Assembly: GCF_001194135.2 (NCBI RefSeq)
Contig: NC_068985.1
Location: 122,628,906 to 122,692,905 of the forward strand
Source of the DNA: Octopus bimaculoides
Lineage: Eukaryota
DNA: 64,000 bases
Reading direction: 5' to 3'
Below the pieces are notes generated by a model. It ran no database searches. It worked only from the letters and a program-made list of their open reading frames with translations, and was not told the origin of the DNA. A program made the position numbers and the translations under genes. Positions 1-13,142 of the stretch are shown piece by piece (within the stretch, counting starts at the first letter, position 1; each line of letters opens with the position of its first letter).

Positions 1-71
<71 letters not shown>

Positions 72-1769
72 TGTGCTTAACTGAAACCTTGGTAATACTT
101 CCTATCGGATAAATTGACAAAGGAAAAATATCCAATTTCAAATGGTGTGGAGTGGGGGACAGAAAAAATAAAAACTCAAACATCTTTCAAACTAAAGAAC
201 TCATAACAAACCAATAAAAATAAAACAGACAAACAATACTATTAGATAATTACAAAAAGACAAGTCCAGAATTGTCTTATGCAAACACATTTGTAGTTTA
301 ATACTGAAACAAGTTAGTGGTATAGTGCTAAATTCTCTTGAGTATTAAAAATTCACTGTGTTTACGAACACAAAAGCTTCCTTCCATGTTTGTTCTCATT
401 CAAGTTAACAAGTCATTATTATCGCAGAGTGGTGGATGACAAAAGGATTTGTGGTATTTAGTTACATCCCTTTATGTTCTGAGTTCAAATTCTGTCCATT
501 CAAATTTCTAGGATTTTGAAAAAAAAAAAAAAGAAAGAAATAAAGTACCAGTCATTTACTGGGGTTGATTTAATCTGCCTACAAATAATCTTAAATGTAA
601 ATAGAAGTCTACAATAGCTTTAATTCCTCTAGGGATGATGAAATAACAACCAGGTATATACTAGAATCAATCACATATATTCCCACCATTTAGGTAATAA
701 GTAAGCAGAATCATTAGTGCGTTAGATAGAAGCTATGCTGTACTCCTTCTGTGCTTTGAGTTCAAATCTTGCTAAGGTCAGTTTTGCTGTTAATCTTTCT
801 TGGAGACAATAAATGAAGTACCACTCAAGTACCAAGGTCAATTCATCTACCTCTCTCTTTGAAAGAAATTAGCTGTGTTCAAACTAGGACAAGAGTGGGC
901 TATGCCAGGCTTAAACTGCCCAACACATACCACAGATTACAATGGTAATGCTAACTCAACCAAAATTTGAGTTCTCAAGTAAGGAAAGAACCCTCCTTCA
1001 TCTACAAATTTGGGATTTTATTCCAGCCCTAGAAATACCCTACTCTTAGGAAAGTATCAATGTAACGCCACTCTATATTTTCTAAATCTGAAAATCAAAT
1101 TGTCATTCCTGGTAAAAATATAAATTAATATAAAAAGAAAATTTATATATATATGTACATAGTAAAAAAAAAAAGTAATAAAACACAGCAGTAAAGTTAC
1201 TATGAATAATGGTAAAAAGGAAATGAGAGCAGTGGAATGAAGGCAAAGTTAATCTGTTGAGAAAATGAATCTTTGAAGTACCTATGTGATCGTCAGTTTC
1301 CTATTTTTCCTTAACACATTTACATACAGATATACATGTGAAAACACACAGACATACAGGTATACATACACAGATACAAACACACACACACACACACACA
1401 CAACTCAATATTCACATACTATTATTTATACCTTTATCTGTTTCAAGACACATCATTCAAAAAAAAAAAAAAAAAAACCCCAGAAAAAACTCCTTTCATG
1501 CCCCCTTGAAGCTTATACATTCTTATAATATCAACAACATACCATTCCTACTGGTAAGAATAAATTTTCTAAAATGGATAGATAGATTTGAAGGATTGCT
1601 TTAGGCCAATGGTGGAAAGTCTGTCATATTTACAGGAGATGTGGGTTTGAATTCCATGGACAGCCTTCAACTTTTCCTATCCAAAGGGTTTTTTAACCCC
1701 TCTATTCATATGCTGTTATTTATAGCTACATCTGCTCTGAGATCACCATTCCCCAAAAGAATTATTTCA

Positions 1770-2197
1770 CATTATATTGTAGTTGTCAGCCTTGGACAGA
1801 TGTCGTTTAGCCTTCTTTGGATTTCATCCCACAGGTGCTCTATGGAGTTCAAATCTGGACTTAAGGCAGGACATGGCAGTGTCTGGATGTTGTGCTGCTG
1901 GAGAAAGTCTGTTGTCAGCCTGGGAGTCTGAGCACGGGTGTTGTCGTGTTGGGACACATGATTCCGATGATGGGCAAAGTATTGCACTGAGGCGTTCGCG
2001 AGCATTACCATGTTTATGAAAAGTGAGTGAGTTCGAATCCTACATGCAATCCTTAGGTTTTCAAAAGAGAATAGTGTTGTGGGTTAGTGATATTTTCCTG
2101 AGTGATATCTACCTAGAAATGTGATAAAATCCATATAATCTTAATATCGTGTGTGAAACAATCTTTTACAGTGCGATGTTTCTTTTGTGGTTCAGTA
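1770..2197 (-). mobile_element. Internally deleted Tc1-like DNA transposon fragment
   Basis: Minus-strand translation QHDNTRAQTPRLTTDFLQQHNIQTLPCPALSPDLNSIEHLWDEIQRRL matches the Tc1 DD34E C-terminal motifs (QxDNARPH...SPDLNPIEHLW). A TIR-like start (tatactgaaccacaaaagaaac) lies at ~2197. No matching second TIR was found. Confidence 0.75.
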
Positions 2198-2805
2198 TAT
2201 ATAGACAATTATAGAGAAAAATGAACCAAGAGAAGTAACTGAGTGTGGAGAGTGACATGCAATTGAACAACATAGACAAATACAGGTGTATCAAATACCA
2301 TACACCATAAGTTCCTGATTAATTAGAATTTATCTCCACCTCTGGACGATATATCATAATTACCAAATGGTACTGAAGACCATCCATATGGAAAAAAGAA
2401 ATAACCTCAAAATTCAAGAATTCTCCAAAATTGATGAGCCATTAAAGAAAAGAACAGGCTTATTGTCTGGAAATAACAGGACATTCATGGACACGTGTTT
2501 CCACCTTAATAAGCATTATCAGCATAGCAAGTGTCTAACCTTATCTCCAGTAGTCAAGAAAGTTAGTCATATACAAAAAGAATAAATCAAATTCATGGCC
2601 AAAGTAATTCTCATGATTTAAATAAAAACGAATAAAGAGAAATAACTCTGAGTGGTCAGTGGTATGTAGTTGAACAACGAATACAGGTTCATCAAATACC
2701 ATACAAACATAAATTCATGCTTTATTAAAATTATCTCTTTCATTAGAGGATGTATATAACTATCAAATACCAATGAAGACTAGATCCATATGAGAACTGA
2801 TATAT

Positions 2806-3060
2806 CACCATCATCCTTTAGTGTCTGTTTTCCATGCTGGCATGGGTTGGACAGTTTGACCAGAGCTGGCAAGCAGGAGGGCTGCACAAGGTTCCAGTCT
2901 GATTTGGCTTTGTTTCTATGGCTCGATGCCCTTCCTAGCCCTAACCCTAACACTAACCACTTAACAATGTGTGCTGGTTGCTTTTTATGTGGCACCAGCA
3001 TGGGTATTCTTTATTTGGAAATGGCACAGGTGCTTTTTACATGGTGATGGCACAGGGCTC
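2806..3060 (-). mobile_element. Older RTE-type 3' fragment (further copies at ~5075-5286 +, 13977-14150 -, 30700-30830 -, 34990-35175 +, 40985-41150 -)
   Basis: Shared ttccatgctggcatgggttggac ... gatgcccttcctaac ... gtgcttttatgtggcac sequence with CpG decay. Confidence 0.75.
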
Positions 3061-4452
3061 TTGCAGGCCAATTCTCTTCAGTAGGGGCAGTGGCATAAAC
3101 ACTTCAGCTGTAGAGGATGGGTCTTCTTGGGTACAGCAAAGCACCACATATCTTGGTCCTTTATAGAGAGAGAGAGGCTTTACACTGTTGTTAACCCCTC
3201 ATTCCAGTGATTCTTAAGTGTTATACTTAAACCATACATTTAAAAAACCATGGTATATTTAGACATCCTGTGTTCTGCTATGGATATCTACATGTACTAT
3301 AGATTTTTAAATGTATAACTTAAGGTTTTAGAAAATCCATACAAGATACTTTAATATCTTGAAATAAGTGTTGATTGTAATTTTGTATTATACAAATATG
3401 GATAGCAAAACAAAGTATATTTTTTCCAAACGTTTCCCTTTAAAACAGTCAATTTTTCTTTTAGATTTCCAAGCAGACTACACCAGTATTTGATTGCCAG
3501 TGTTTGATCAGGAACTACTGTTGTATTCTAATGAAATACACAGTTTATATATGTCAATTAATTAAACCCCCACCATCACAGCCACCAGAATTTTGAGGTA
3601 TTTAGTAAAATAGTTTGTTATTAAGTTCTAACATCACTTAAAAGATTCATCCATAAAATTTCCTGGGTGGGGTTAAGTGCAAACACTTTAAGACAATATG
3701 CTCTTGTTTCTATTCCATAAAACTTGAAGCAATCTTAGACAGATTAGTACGGAAATGAAAGATTTAAACATTTAAAAGGTTCGTTTACGTTAAATGAAAA
3801 TGCATCATGGCTGGCAGCCTTTTTGGGTCCTCCTTCCTTTTTGAGTAGTGGTCTGAGTCTAATATTTATTATTTGTTTCAGCTATTCGACTGTGGCCAAG
3901 CTGGGGCAATCAATCCTAGCGCTCGTTTTTCTAAGTCTGTTACTTATTTTATTGTTCTCTTTTGTTTTTTATAAGAACACAAACAAACCAACATCGGTTG
4001 TCATCCAGTGGGTGGGCAAACACAAATTCATGCACTCATAGATATACACACATACATATATATCTATATACATGATGGGTTTCCACACAGTTTCTGTCTA
4101 CCAAATTCACTCACTTGGCATTGATCATTGGAGGGGGGGGGCTATAGTTGAAGACACTAGCCCAAGTTGGCGTGCAGTGTGACTAAACTTGAAACCACAC
4201 AATTACAAAGTGAGCTTCTTAATGAAACAGCCATAAAGATTAACTCATAATTGAGAGTTTTAAGTTTATTTATTGTAATCTTGATAAATTTTAGTCCACG
4301 ATGTTACTTATATATAAGACACATATCTATAGTAGGGGAGTATAGCCAAATCCCCTCTGACTAAAACTGGTATTTGATCATAAATAGGAAGTCTCTCATT
4401 TTAGACCTGGTGGACATTTTTACACCAGGTTCTGACCAACAGACAGAGGGAA

Positions 4453-4494
<42 letters not shown>

Positions 4495-4504
4495 NNNNNN
4501 NNNN

Positions 4505-4550
<46 letters not shown>

Positions 4551-5505
4551 TATGGAGAGAGAGGAGAAGAAGAATCTCTCCCAGAATAGACTGGTACTTA
4601 GCATCCCCAAAGGAATAAAAAGCTATAAATAAATAGCATGTAAATATTGGGTTGAAAAACCCTTTTGGATTTAATTATATCTTTCTATGTATTTGGAGAA
4701 CCAATTCCAAAAAAAGAATTATTTGGCATTCTCTTGAAAGTTTATAAATTCTTATGACATCAACAACTTACTTTTTTAGGCTTGGTACTGTGGTAAGACA
4801 CAAACATAAGGATGCACACATCTATACACAAGCATACACACACATACACAAACAAGATCCTTCATAGTTTCCCAATCAACCAAATTTTCTCATAAGGCAA
4901 TGTTTAGCCTGGGCTTATAAAAGAGGACAATTGTTAAAGTTGTTGCATAAAGGAACTAAACTGAAAACCAAATGGTTAGGAAGCCATCATCTTAACTATG
5001 CATGCATGTATGTATGTATGCATGTATGTATGTATGTATCTGCAGTTATCTGTACATACAAGCTTGTCCTTTACAAGTGTCAGTGCCACAGAGAATGCGC
5101 CCATGCCAGTGGCATATAAAAAGCAGCCAGCACACTCCATAAAGTGTGCTGGTGTTAGGAAGCCCATTCAGTCATAGACATCATGCTACAACAGACAACT
5201 GGAGTCTGGCCAGCTCCTGTCAAACTAACTCATACCAGCATGGAAAACAGACATTAAACGATGATGATGATGATGATGATGATGATAAACAGACACACAC
5301 ATGATGATCTCTCACACACACACACACACACACATACAAATTTAGTTGGCTGAAATCAATACCAGCAACTACTTCCAATTTTTTTTATCTGAGAGCCAAG
5401 CAATTCTCCAAGCTGTTATGTTGGGAAAATGTTTACACTGAAACAAAAACAAGCCATGTTGATAGATAGCATCTCAATTCTGAAGTATTAAAATGAAACA
5501 TTTCT

Positions 5506-5831
5506 ATCATCATCATCATCATCATCATCATCATCGTTTAACGTCCGCCTTCCATGCTAGCATGGGTTGGACGATTTGACTGAGGACTGGTGAAACCGGA
5601 TGGCAACACCAGGCTCCAATCTAATTTGGCAGAGTTTCTACAGCTGGATGCCCTTCCTAACGCCAACCACTCAGAGAGTGTAGTGGGTGCTTTTACGTGT
5701 CACCCGCACGAAAACGGCCACGCTCGAAATGGTGTCTTTTACGTGCCACCCACACAAGAGCCAGTCCAGGGGCACTGGCAACGATCTCGCTCGAAAACCC
5801 TACAAAGGCCAGTCAGGCGGTACTGGCAACG
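5506..5831 (-). mobile_element. Young RTE-type 3' fragment, truncated in the tandem array
   Basis: (CAT)n + cgtttaacgtccgccttccatgctagcatgggttggacg, with CpGs intact. Confidence 0.85.
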
Positions 5832-8800
5832 AAAAGAAATTACCATGAAGGAATCAAGTTTGGAAGTGAGGTGACCCTCATCTTAAATATGGGAACAGAA
5901 ATTTGATGAAATAAATTATATTGAATCAATGCAGAGAAGAAAATCAGGAAAGGAGGAGGTGACAGTTTTTGTCAACCAAATTCTACTTACTAGACATTGG
6001 TCAGTTCCAGAATTGAACCTAAAATCATGTAACTGAAAATCAGACTACTTAACCACACAACTATGCCTGCATCCTTTTACCTTTTTTATGAACCATTCAT
6101 TTATACATTCGCTGTATTTTTCATGGAGCCCATTTTCCAATATTTAAAGACGTGTTAAAAACTGAAATGATTACCTTAGTCTGAAGCATTGATTGCTTGA
6201 TGACCGTTTCTGTTGGTAAATTCTTCTTGATTATTTGTGTATAAATAAAAAAGAATAGTAAAAATCTCAATTGCTGTTTATCTACTACAACTGTATAAAT
6301 GTTCTGGAATGTGTTTCCCTATCCCTTTCTTTTTGTTTTGATCTTTATATTCTCACAAGCAATATTTAATTTAATGTACATTTACTTGCATACATCAAAA
6401 ACTGCGCTCATAAAAATGAGAATGTTTTCCAATTTAAACAAAGTCTATGACAAACAATACATTTAGACCTTCACACCTAGGTTAGAATGTTTTATGATAT
6501 TAAAGTCAGAAACTTGTATGTGAATTTAGATCTTATCTTTCATCTCTTAGCAAATGAAATGGAGCTATAAAATGGCATCTAAATGTAATAGCACACTGTT
6601 ATTTCATTATATTTAAAAGGGAAAAGTTTTGACATAACTCCGTTTGAAAACATTAGTTTACTGGTGAATGACATCATCTAGGGAACAGTTTAGAAAGTCT
6701 TTAAACAATATACTCCTGCCACTGAGACTTATATTTGCTACTCTATAAGGATACATCAGTTTGCTTTCAAAGTGGGGTTCTATAATTCAAAAGTTACATT
6801 AAAAGGTTGTATCTATAAAAATGATTCTGTTTGGACCCTTAATTCATATTTTATTATTTGATCCAAGATAGCACAGTTATATTTTTAGAAACTATGTATT
6901 AAGAAAATAAACTCAATCTACTTTCAAGGCACTAAACTTGACTTTTTTGGTAAGTTCTCTTTCCATCAATGGATGTGTACTGAATATTAGAGCATTGGCC
7001 TGTGATGGTGCTTTGCCATTTACAAACATATCCAAAAAAAAAAGGGCCATATATCTGATGAGCAAGTCTTCAATTATCAACATATTTACATTCACTAATC
7101 CATTGATGTCTTTTATTCTCCCGCTTTCTCTTTCAATGCTACAATAATTGCTTTAGCTCTTTTGAACTCAAAAACATCATACAACACCAACCAACCAGAA
7201 TACTTTTGATGTACCTGCATCACTGGATCATCTCTACTGCGTTTCACCTAATCTAAACAAACTATATAAAATACTTTTCTCTATACTTTCTCTCCAGAAA
7301 GGTTGTGTGGAAGGGTCAGTGAGGAATCTGTTAGGTCAAAATAGACATTAACTGTATTGACTTAACTCATATGTGTGGATCAGCAGGAGTTATGAGCTCT
7401 GCCCCTCTTCAAAGCCGATAATAACAAGTAATTACTTTCTTAAATCAGTCTTAAAAGTGAACTGTCTACTTCAGACCTGCACAAAATACTACTCACAAGA
7501 TTCATATAGCTTAATAAACCTTACCTAAACTAGTAGTACAAGAAATGTATAGCAATCTATGACAATTCTTGAAATATTCTTTTCGTTTTGATCTTTATAT
7601 TCTTACAATATTTAATGTATATTTACTTGTATGCCTAAAGCTATGCACACAATAAAAATGCTTTGAAATCCACTTTGATAGCATCTTGATATATCCTCAT
7701 AGAGCATATGAACCTTGGTGTTCGAAGCTGCTTATCTTGAAGACTAACATTTGTTCATGCATGGAAGTTTCCTCTCTCAACAGCAACACTGATCAAGGGA
7801 AATGCAAGACCGATATTAATGCTGTTGCAGGTGTTGTTATCAGAACAAAGATTGCCCAGACTGATGCCATGAGGAATTTCATATAATGTTCTAATGATTC
7901 TGCCAATTCAACAACCTAGACAGGTAATTATTCTTGTAACCACAGAAAGGGTGCAAGGCAAGGTGATTTGAACACAGAATGCAGAAAACAGGAACAAACT
8001 TCACAAGGTATATTATTCAACACACTAATAACTGCTTGTCCAAAGTATTTTCATAAGTTTGTCCTAAATGGCTATGTTTGTTTTCATAATTTTAGTTAAC
8101 ATTTCTTTCATATGTTCTGGGCAATATAAAGCTTTCCTTTTAGAAGTCTGAAGTTACTCTGCTAGTTGGAAAAAATTCTAGAAACATTTATCAAATATTA
8201 TGTATAGATGCTAGGGAAATATATTCCTGTATATCATGTGATGTGCAGGACAGGTGAACAGTTAACACACTAAATGAGAATGCAAACTCAAAACTTAAAT
8301 GTTGTCATTCCATCTTATACAATTTCTTATGAAATCTTGTATGAACTAGAATACATTTTGAAAAAAAAGAAAAAAGGTTATTTTTTTAAAGAAAACCTGA
8401 AGGATAACTTATTTAAAAAATAGTTGTGTAGATATAGTACATATAAGAATGCAGAATCAAAATTTAAAAGCCTCCCATCCATCTTATATAGTTTGTATTA
8501 AGATGTAGACTCAGTTAAAATACTCATTTAATTAAGATGTGGCTGGAAGTATTTTTACTAAAGCAATGTAATGGCTTGTGTCACTTTCTGAGAAACACAG
8601 AACTGATATGTACAAAGAAATTCTAGGTTGGTTGTGTTTAATTCCATAGTAAATTAGGAATAAGGCAACTAGATGTTCAATTCAAATAAAAATGCTTAAG
8701 GAAGATCTTTTAGGTTGGCATTATGCCATTTCTTTATCAAACAATTAAATCATACAAAAATAACTGATAATCTTTATGCTGATGATGATGAACAAAACAA

Positions 8801-8991
8801 AAGACAATGCTTAAATGTATAGTAAATGAGTAATTAAAATTCTGGAGAAAACTGGGTCAAAGTTATTAAAAAACACATCGATATTACAATTTTTTGAGAT
8901 TACACACAAAATTAATTGATAAAAAGTGAGACAATATGATTTGAATCTAATTTAATTCAGTATATGTCTGGTAGACACTTCATTGGAATTC

Positions 8992-9032
<41 letters not shown>

Positions 9033-9204
9033 CATATGAAATTAACTTCTGTGCAGTTTTTCCCTCATTCACTAAATTCTACTGGCAGGATATTGGACAA
9101 GGTACTGGAACAGCTTGATGTATAGGTGCACAGTTAACGACATTGCATTAAAGAATATAATAATTAAAGTTGTAGTTGGGAAAAAGTCAGCTGACATGGG
9201 GGAC

Positions 9205-9904
9205 TGGAAGCCCTTTGAATATTGAAAGAGAGTTACTTCTATCATGTTGATTCACGCTAGGCATCAAAATATCGACATCATGGCTGCTGCTCGGTGCTCT
9301 GTGAACACTGTAAATGCTGTAAAACATGACATGGACATCATGAAACCAAGTTCTCCCAAACTCTTATGGTATTTGGGTGTGTCTCCAGTGAGGGTGATAT
9401 CATGTTGCCCTAGGATCATTTCAGACTGCTACATGAAGCTGCTGGAGACTGTGATGAAACCCTGACTGGAGAAGGTAGTTGCTGCAAGGCTCCTTGCAAT
9501 ATCTCCAGAAAGAGTCAGAAGTGGTGGTCAGAAGATTTCTATGACTTTTCTAGACCCATTTTCTGGCTTCCTAATCCCCTCAGTTGTTATATAATGGATT
9601 ACTATGTGTGGGGCATGGCTGAAAAAGACACCAACCACTCTACCTGCAACACCAAGGTTGAGCTGGTAGCCAAGATCAAGGAAGTGTTCAGAGATCTCCC
9701 AAAGGATTCAGTAAGGAATGCTACCACTAGGCTCAGGAGCCGTCTTGGGGCTGTGGTAGGAGTTGAGGGTGGCTGGTTTGTGTAAACTTATCTCCCAACT
9801 ATAATCTAGTTGATATATTTTGATTTTCTAAAATACTTTTATTTTTGGATGGAATATTGTGCTTTTCTTTTATGCAAACTTTCAAATTTAGCATGAACGT
9901 CCTG
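9205..9904 (+). mobile_element. Deleted Tc1/mariner element, maT/DD37D-like
   Basis: Broken frames give IHARHQNIDIMAAARCSVNTVNAVKHD (HTH-like), VSSEGDIM, YMKLLETVMKP and MDYYVWGMAEKDTN...RLRSRLGAVVGVEGGWF, typical of maT-type transposases. One TIR-like end (...gcatgaacgtcctg|TA) at 9904. Confidence 0.65.
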
Positions 9905-10094
9905 TATATGTAATATACGTACATGCACAAACATACATACAAACACATGTATCTATCTATCATGTGTGTGTGTGTGTTTGTTGTGTGTAAATTTATATAT
10001 GAAGATAGTCAGACATTCATTGAGAGAAACTCAACAGATTTAAGTAATGTGTAAAATGTACTTTTACAAGGAAATGTTTGATAGTAACTTTAAA

Positions 10095-10406
10095 CATTAT
10101 TTACATTATTTATATTTGACGGATATTTGTCCTCATCTTTGTTGTTAACATGATGTTTCAGCTGATATATCCTCCAGCCTTCATCAGGTGTCTTGGAGAA
10201 ATTTTGAACCTGGGTTCTCATTCCTAAGGTATTTTTTTGATGTTGTTGTTATTATTATTAAGGTCACTGCCTGGAATCGAACTTGGAATCTTGGGGTTAG
10301 TATCCCACGCTCTTAACCACTATGCTATATGCCCAGGACAAATATCCATCAAATATAAATAATGGAAATAATGTGCATAATTCCTCATCTCTTAAATATA
10401 GAACTG
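10095..10406 (-). mobile_element. tRNA-headed SINE with Penelope-like hammerhead segment and inverted tail
   Basis: tRNA-like head 10333-10262 (A-box TAGCATAGTGG, B-box AGTTCGATTCC). 39-bp inverted repeat 10095-10133 / 10335-10373 (2 mismatches). Flanked by tagtaactttaaa (10082-10094) and tagtaacttttaaa (10407-10420). Confidence 0.8.
10147..10192 (-). ncRNA. Decayed minimal type I hammerhead ribozyme motif
   Basis: gacac CTGATGA a ggctg gaggatatat cagct GAAA C ATC atgtt. Core boxes are intact; stem II is 5 bp with one wobble. Undoing two CpG transitions gives GAAACGUC|GUGUU, which restores the GUC triplet and stem I. Confidence 0.65.
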
Positions 10407-10964
10407 TAGTAACTTTTAAAGTTTAAGTTTTAAAACTTTAAGTTTTGCCAGTAGTCGTCTTCATCAGACTGATAAAAACAATGATCAGTAAAAGTTCGAA
10501 ATCACTGTCAAACTTTTCTTTGTAAATGTGTGTGTGCATGTGGTGTGTGTATGTGTGTGTGTGTGTGTGCGCATGTGTGCATGTGAGTGTGTGCATGTAA
10601 GTGTGTGTGTGTGTGTGTGTGTGTGTACATGCATGTAAGTGTGTGTGTGTGTACATGCATGTAAGTGTGTGTAATAGCTTAAAATTTGCAGAACCAATAA
10701 GGAAGCATATTTCAAAACAGGGTAAAAATTTTATTCCAGTATATTGCAAATATATTTGTTCTTGATACAATGCCAACAAGACTATCTAAATATATTTAAA
10801 TAAATGGAGTACTAAATTTAATGTATCTAAATGTAATAGCTATTTGTTACTTTATTATATTAAAAAATTAGCAAACAGATAAAAAACAAAATTCTTACTG
10901 AACTCCATTTGAATGTAATAATGGTTACTATTTGTAAATGTGAGATATTCAGCAACAGTACTTT

Positions 10965-11117
10965 GGAGTAAAGGTAATTTGCCAACATAACATGACAGTC
11001 CTGGTTTAGGATCACGTTGTATAGCCAACTAGAGACGATGTCTCCTGGGGCTAAATTACAGCAACATTCATCCTAAACCAGGACTGCCATGTTATGTTGG
11101 CAAATTATCTTTACTCC
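10965..11117. mobile_element. 153-bp MITE-like hairpin element
   Basis: 48-bp inverted arms 10965-11012 / 11070-11117 with 2 mismatches; the 57-bp spacer is itself partly self-complementary. Confidence 0.7.
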
Positions 11118-11938
11118 ATAATAATGGTTATTGGCATAAAGCATCTCAAAAACTTTCCACAAACTTTTCAGATAATAAGCAAGCTCTAACCACAGAGATT
11201 TGCATATGCTCACTCATACCCAACAATAGTTGCTGTTCTGGGAGGACACATCAAATTGCTTTCAATTTTCATTCTTCAAATTGTTCAGTTCAACTCTAAG
11301 AAGATTCATGGTGCCATGGCTGGCAATCGTTCAGACTGATAAGGTTATTTCCCAAAATTTTTATCTTACATTCTAGACATATGTTTTCGAATAAACTGAT
11401 AATTCTGACAGTAATCTAGATAAACCAAAGTACATGGTTAGAAAAAAAGCTAAACTTTCCTTGAACAAAGCTAATTCTGATCTGATCAAATGTTTTGTAT
11501 TGGCATAAGGCAAGCAACCAATGAAAACCTATATATATTCTTATGAGAGAAAAAGCAATCTTGGTTACTATGTAAACCAACAAAACTATCCATCAACTTT
11601 AAGTTAATTTGATGTTTTCCCTAGCTCATTGTCTGTTTCTTTCCACCCTGCCCCCCTCTCTCTCTCTCTCTCTCTCTCTTTTTCTCTCTCTCTCTTTTTC
11701 TCTCTCTCTCTTTTTCTCTCTCTCTGCATATTAAAATTTTAGATATCATAAAATATTGAGAATCTACTGCTCCACTATTTGTAGCATCTCAGCTATCTTA
11801 AGTACTTTACATGAGTGAGTTAAATCAATGTTTACTCAAACTAACCATTCTATTGTTGTTGTTGTCATTGTATAATCTTTATCAGGCCAGATTAATCAGA
11901 TCTAGATATAGTTTCGATTTTGACCATCACCACAATAT

Positions 11939-11987
<49 letters not shown>

Positions 11988-13106
11988 ATTAATTATTCTA
12001 TTGGGATCCGCAGTTTTAGAGCCGATAGCATGCTGGTCAAAGGATAAAGATTTCAGGCACCCAAAATGGACAACAATGAAAGAGACCAACTCTAACCAGT
12101 CTTCCTCAGCGGTGGCTGAAATTAGGACTGTTACACTTGAATAAACTCTCTCACAACATAAGCTCTGTTCCATAGAAATGTTGTCACCTCTTCGCCTATT
12201 CTAACACTACTATGACAGGTTTTGTTTTGACAAGTTATCTAGTTGTATACAACCTCCATCCAAGGCCACTTTCAGAACATCTCTCTCTCTCCTCCTTAGT
12301 GTCTCACTGCTTAGGCACTGCATGGAGCACTTTATCCAATCCATTCAAAATGTCAACTGTCTGGAATTTCCTTAGCAGTAAACATTTTCTTGCAGACTTA
12401 CACATGTTAAAAATAAGCATAAGTTACATTAATCTCACCCAATATTTGAGAAATATCAAAGGTTATGAATACTGTATTTTCCTCTTGACCAAACAATGAA
12501 AAGTAAAAAAAAAGTACTGAGGTAATAAGTATATTTGTGATGAGAATCAATTTTATTGAAATTATTACAGGAATTTGATGGTGGGTACGAAATGCAGATG
12601 CTACCTATGAATTGTCAATGTCATCACACTTGCTTTATATTCTGTAAATGCTTAAAAGGTATGGAAAAATATTTCTTCATCTACCTAATTCTCACCCATC
12701 TCAGTTCTTAAAACAGCATTGTAACTCATTACCCTAAGATGAGCTAATATTTGGAAAATTTATTGAGATTTAGAATTTTAAATAAAGCTATAAAAGCAAT
12801 AACACTGAGATATATTTGAAGCTTTACACAATTTAATAAAAAATGTCTGTATATTTATAAATTCATTTATCTAATATAATACCTTTTAGTCTCTCTCTTT
12901 CTCTCTCATATGTATGTATGTATGTATCACTGTGTACTTCCAAAAATTAGTTAGGCCAAGGTCTGGCTGCGTGGTTAAATGTTCATTGCCCAACCACGTG
13001 GTTTTGAATTTATTAACATTGTGGAGCCTCTTGGGTAAATGTCTTCTACTATAGCTCCAAGAAAATGAATTATTAGTGAATTTGGTAGACAGAAACTGTA
13101 CCAAGC

Positions 13107-13142
<36 letters not shown>

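Noticed and set aside
5579-5600. CTGAGGA-ctggt-GAAAC in RTE 3' UTR (also ~33151)
   Set aside because: Hammerhead-like boxes, but no room for stem II and no stem I or III pairing.
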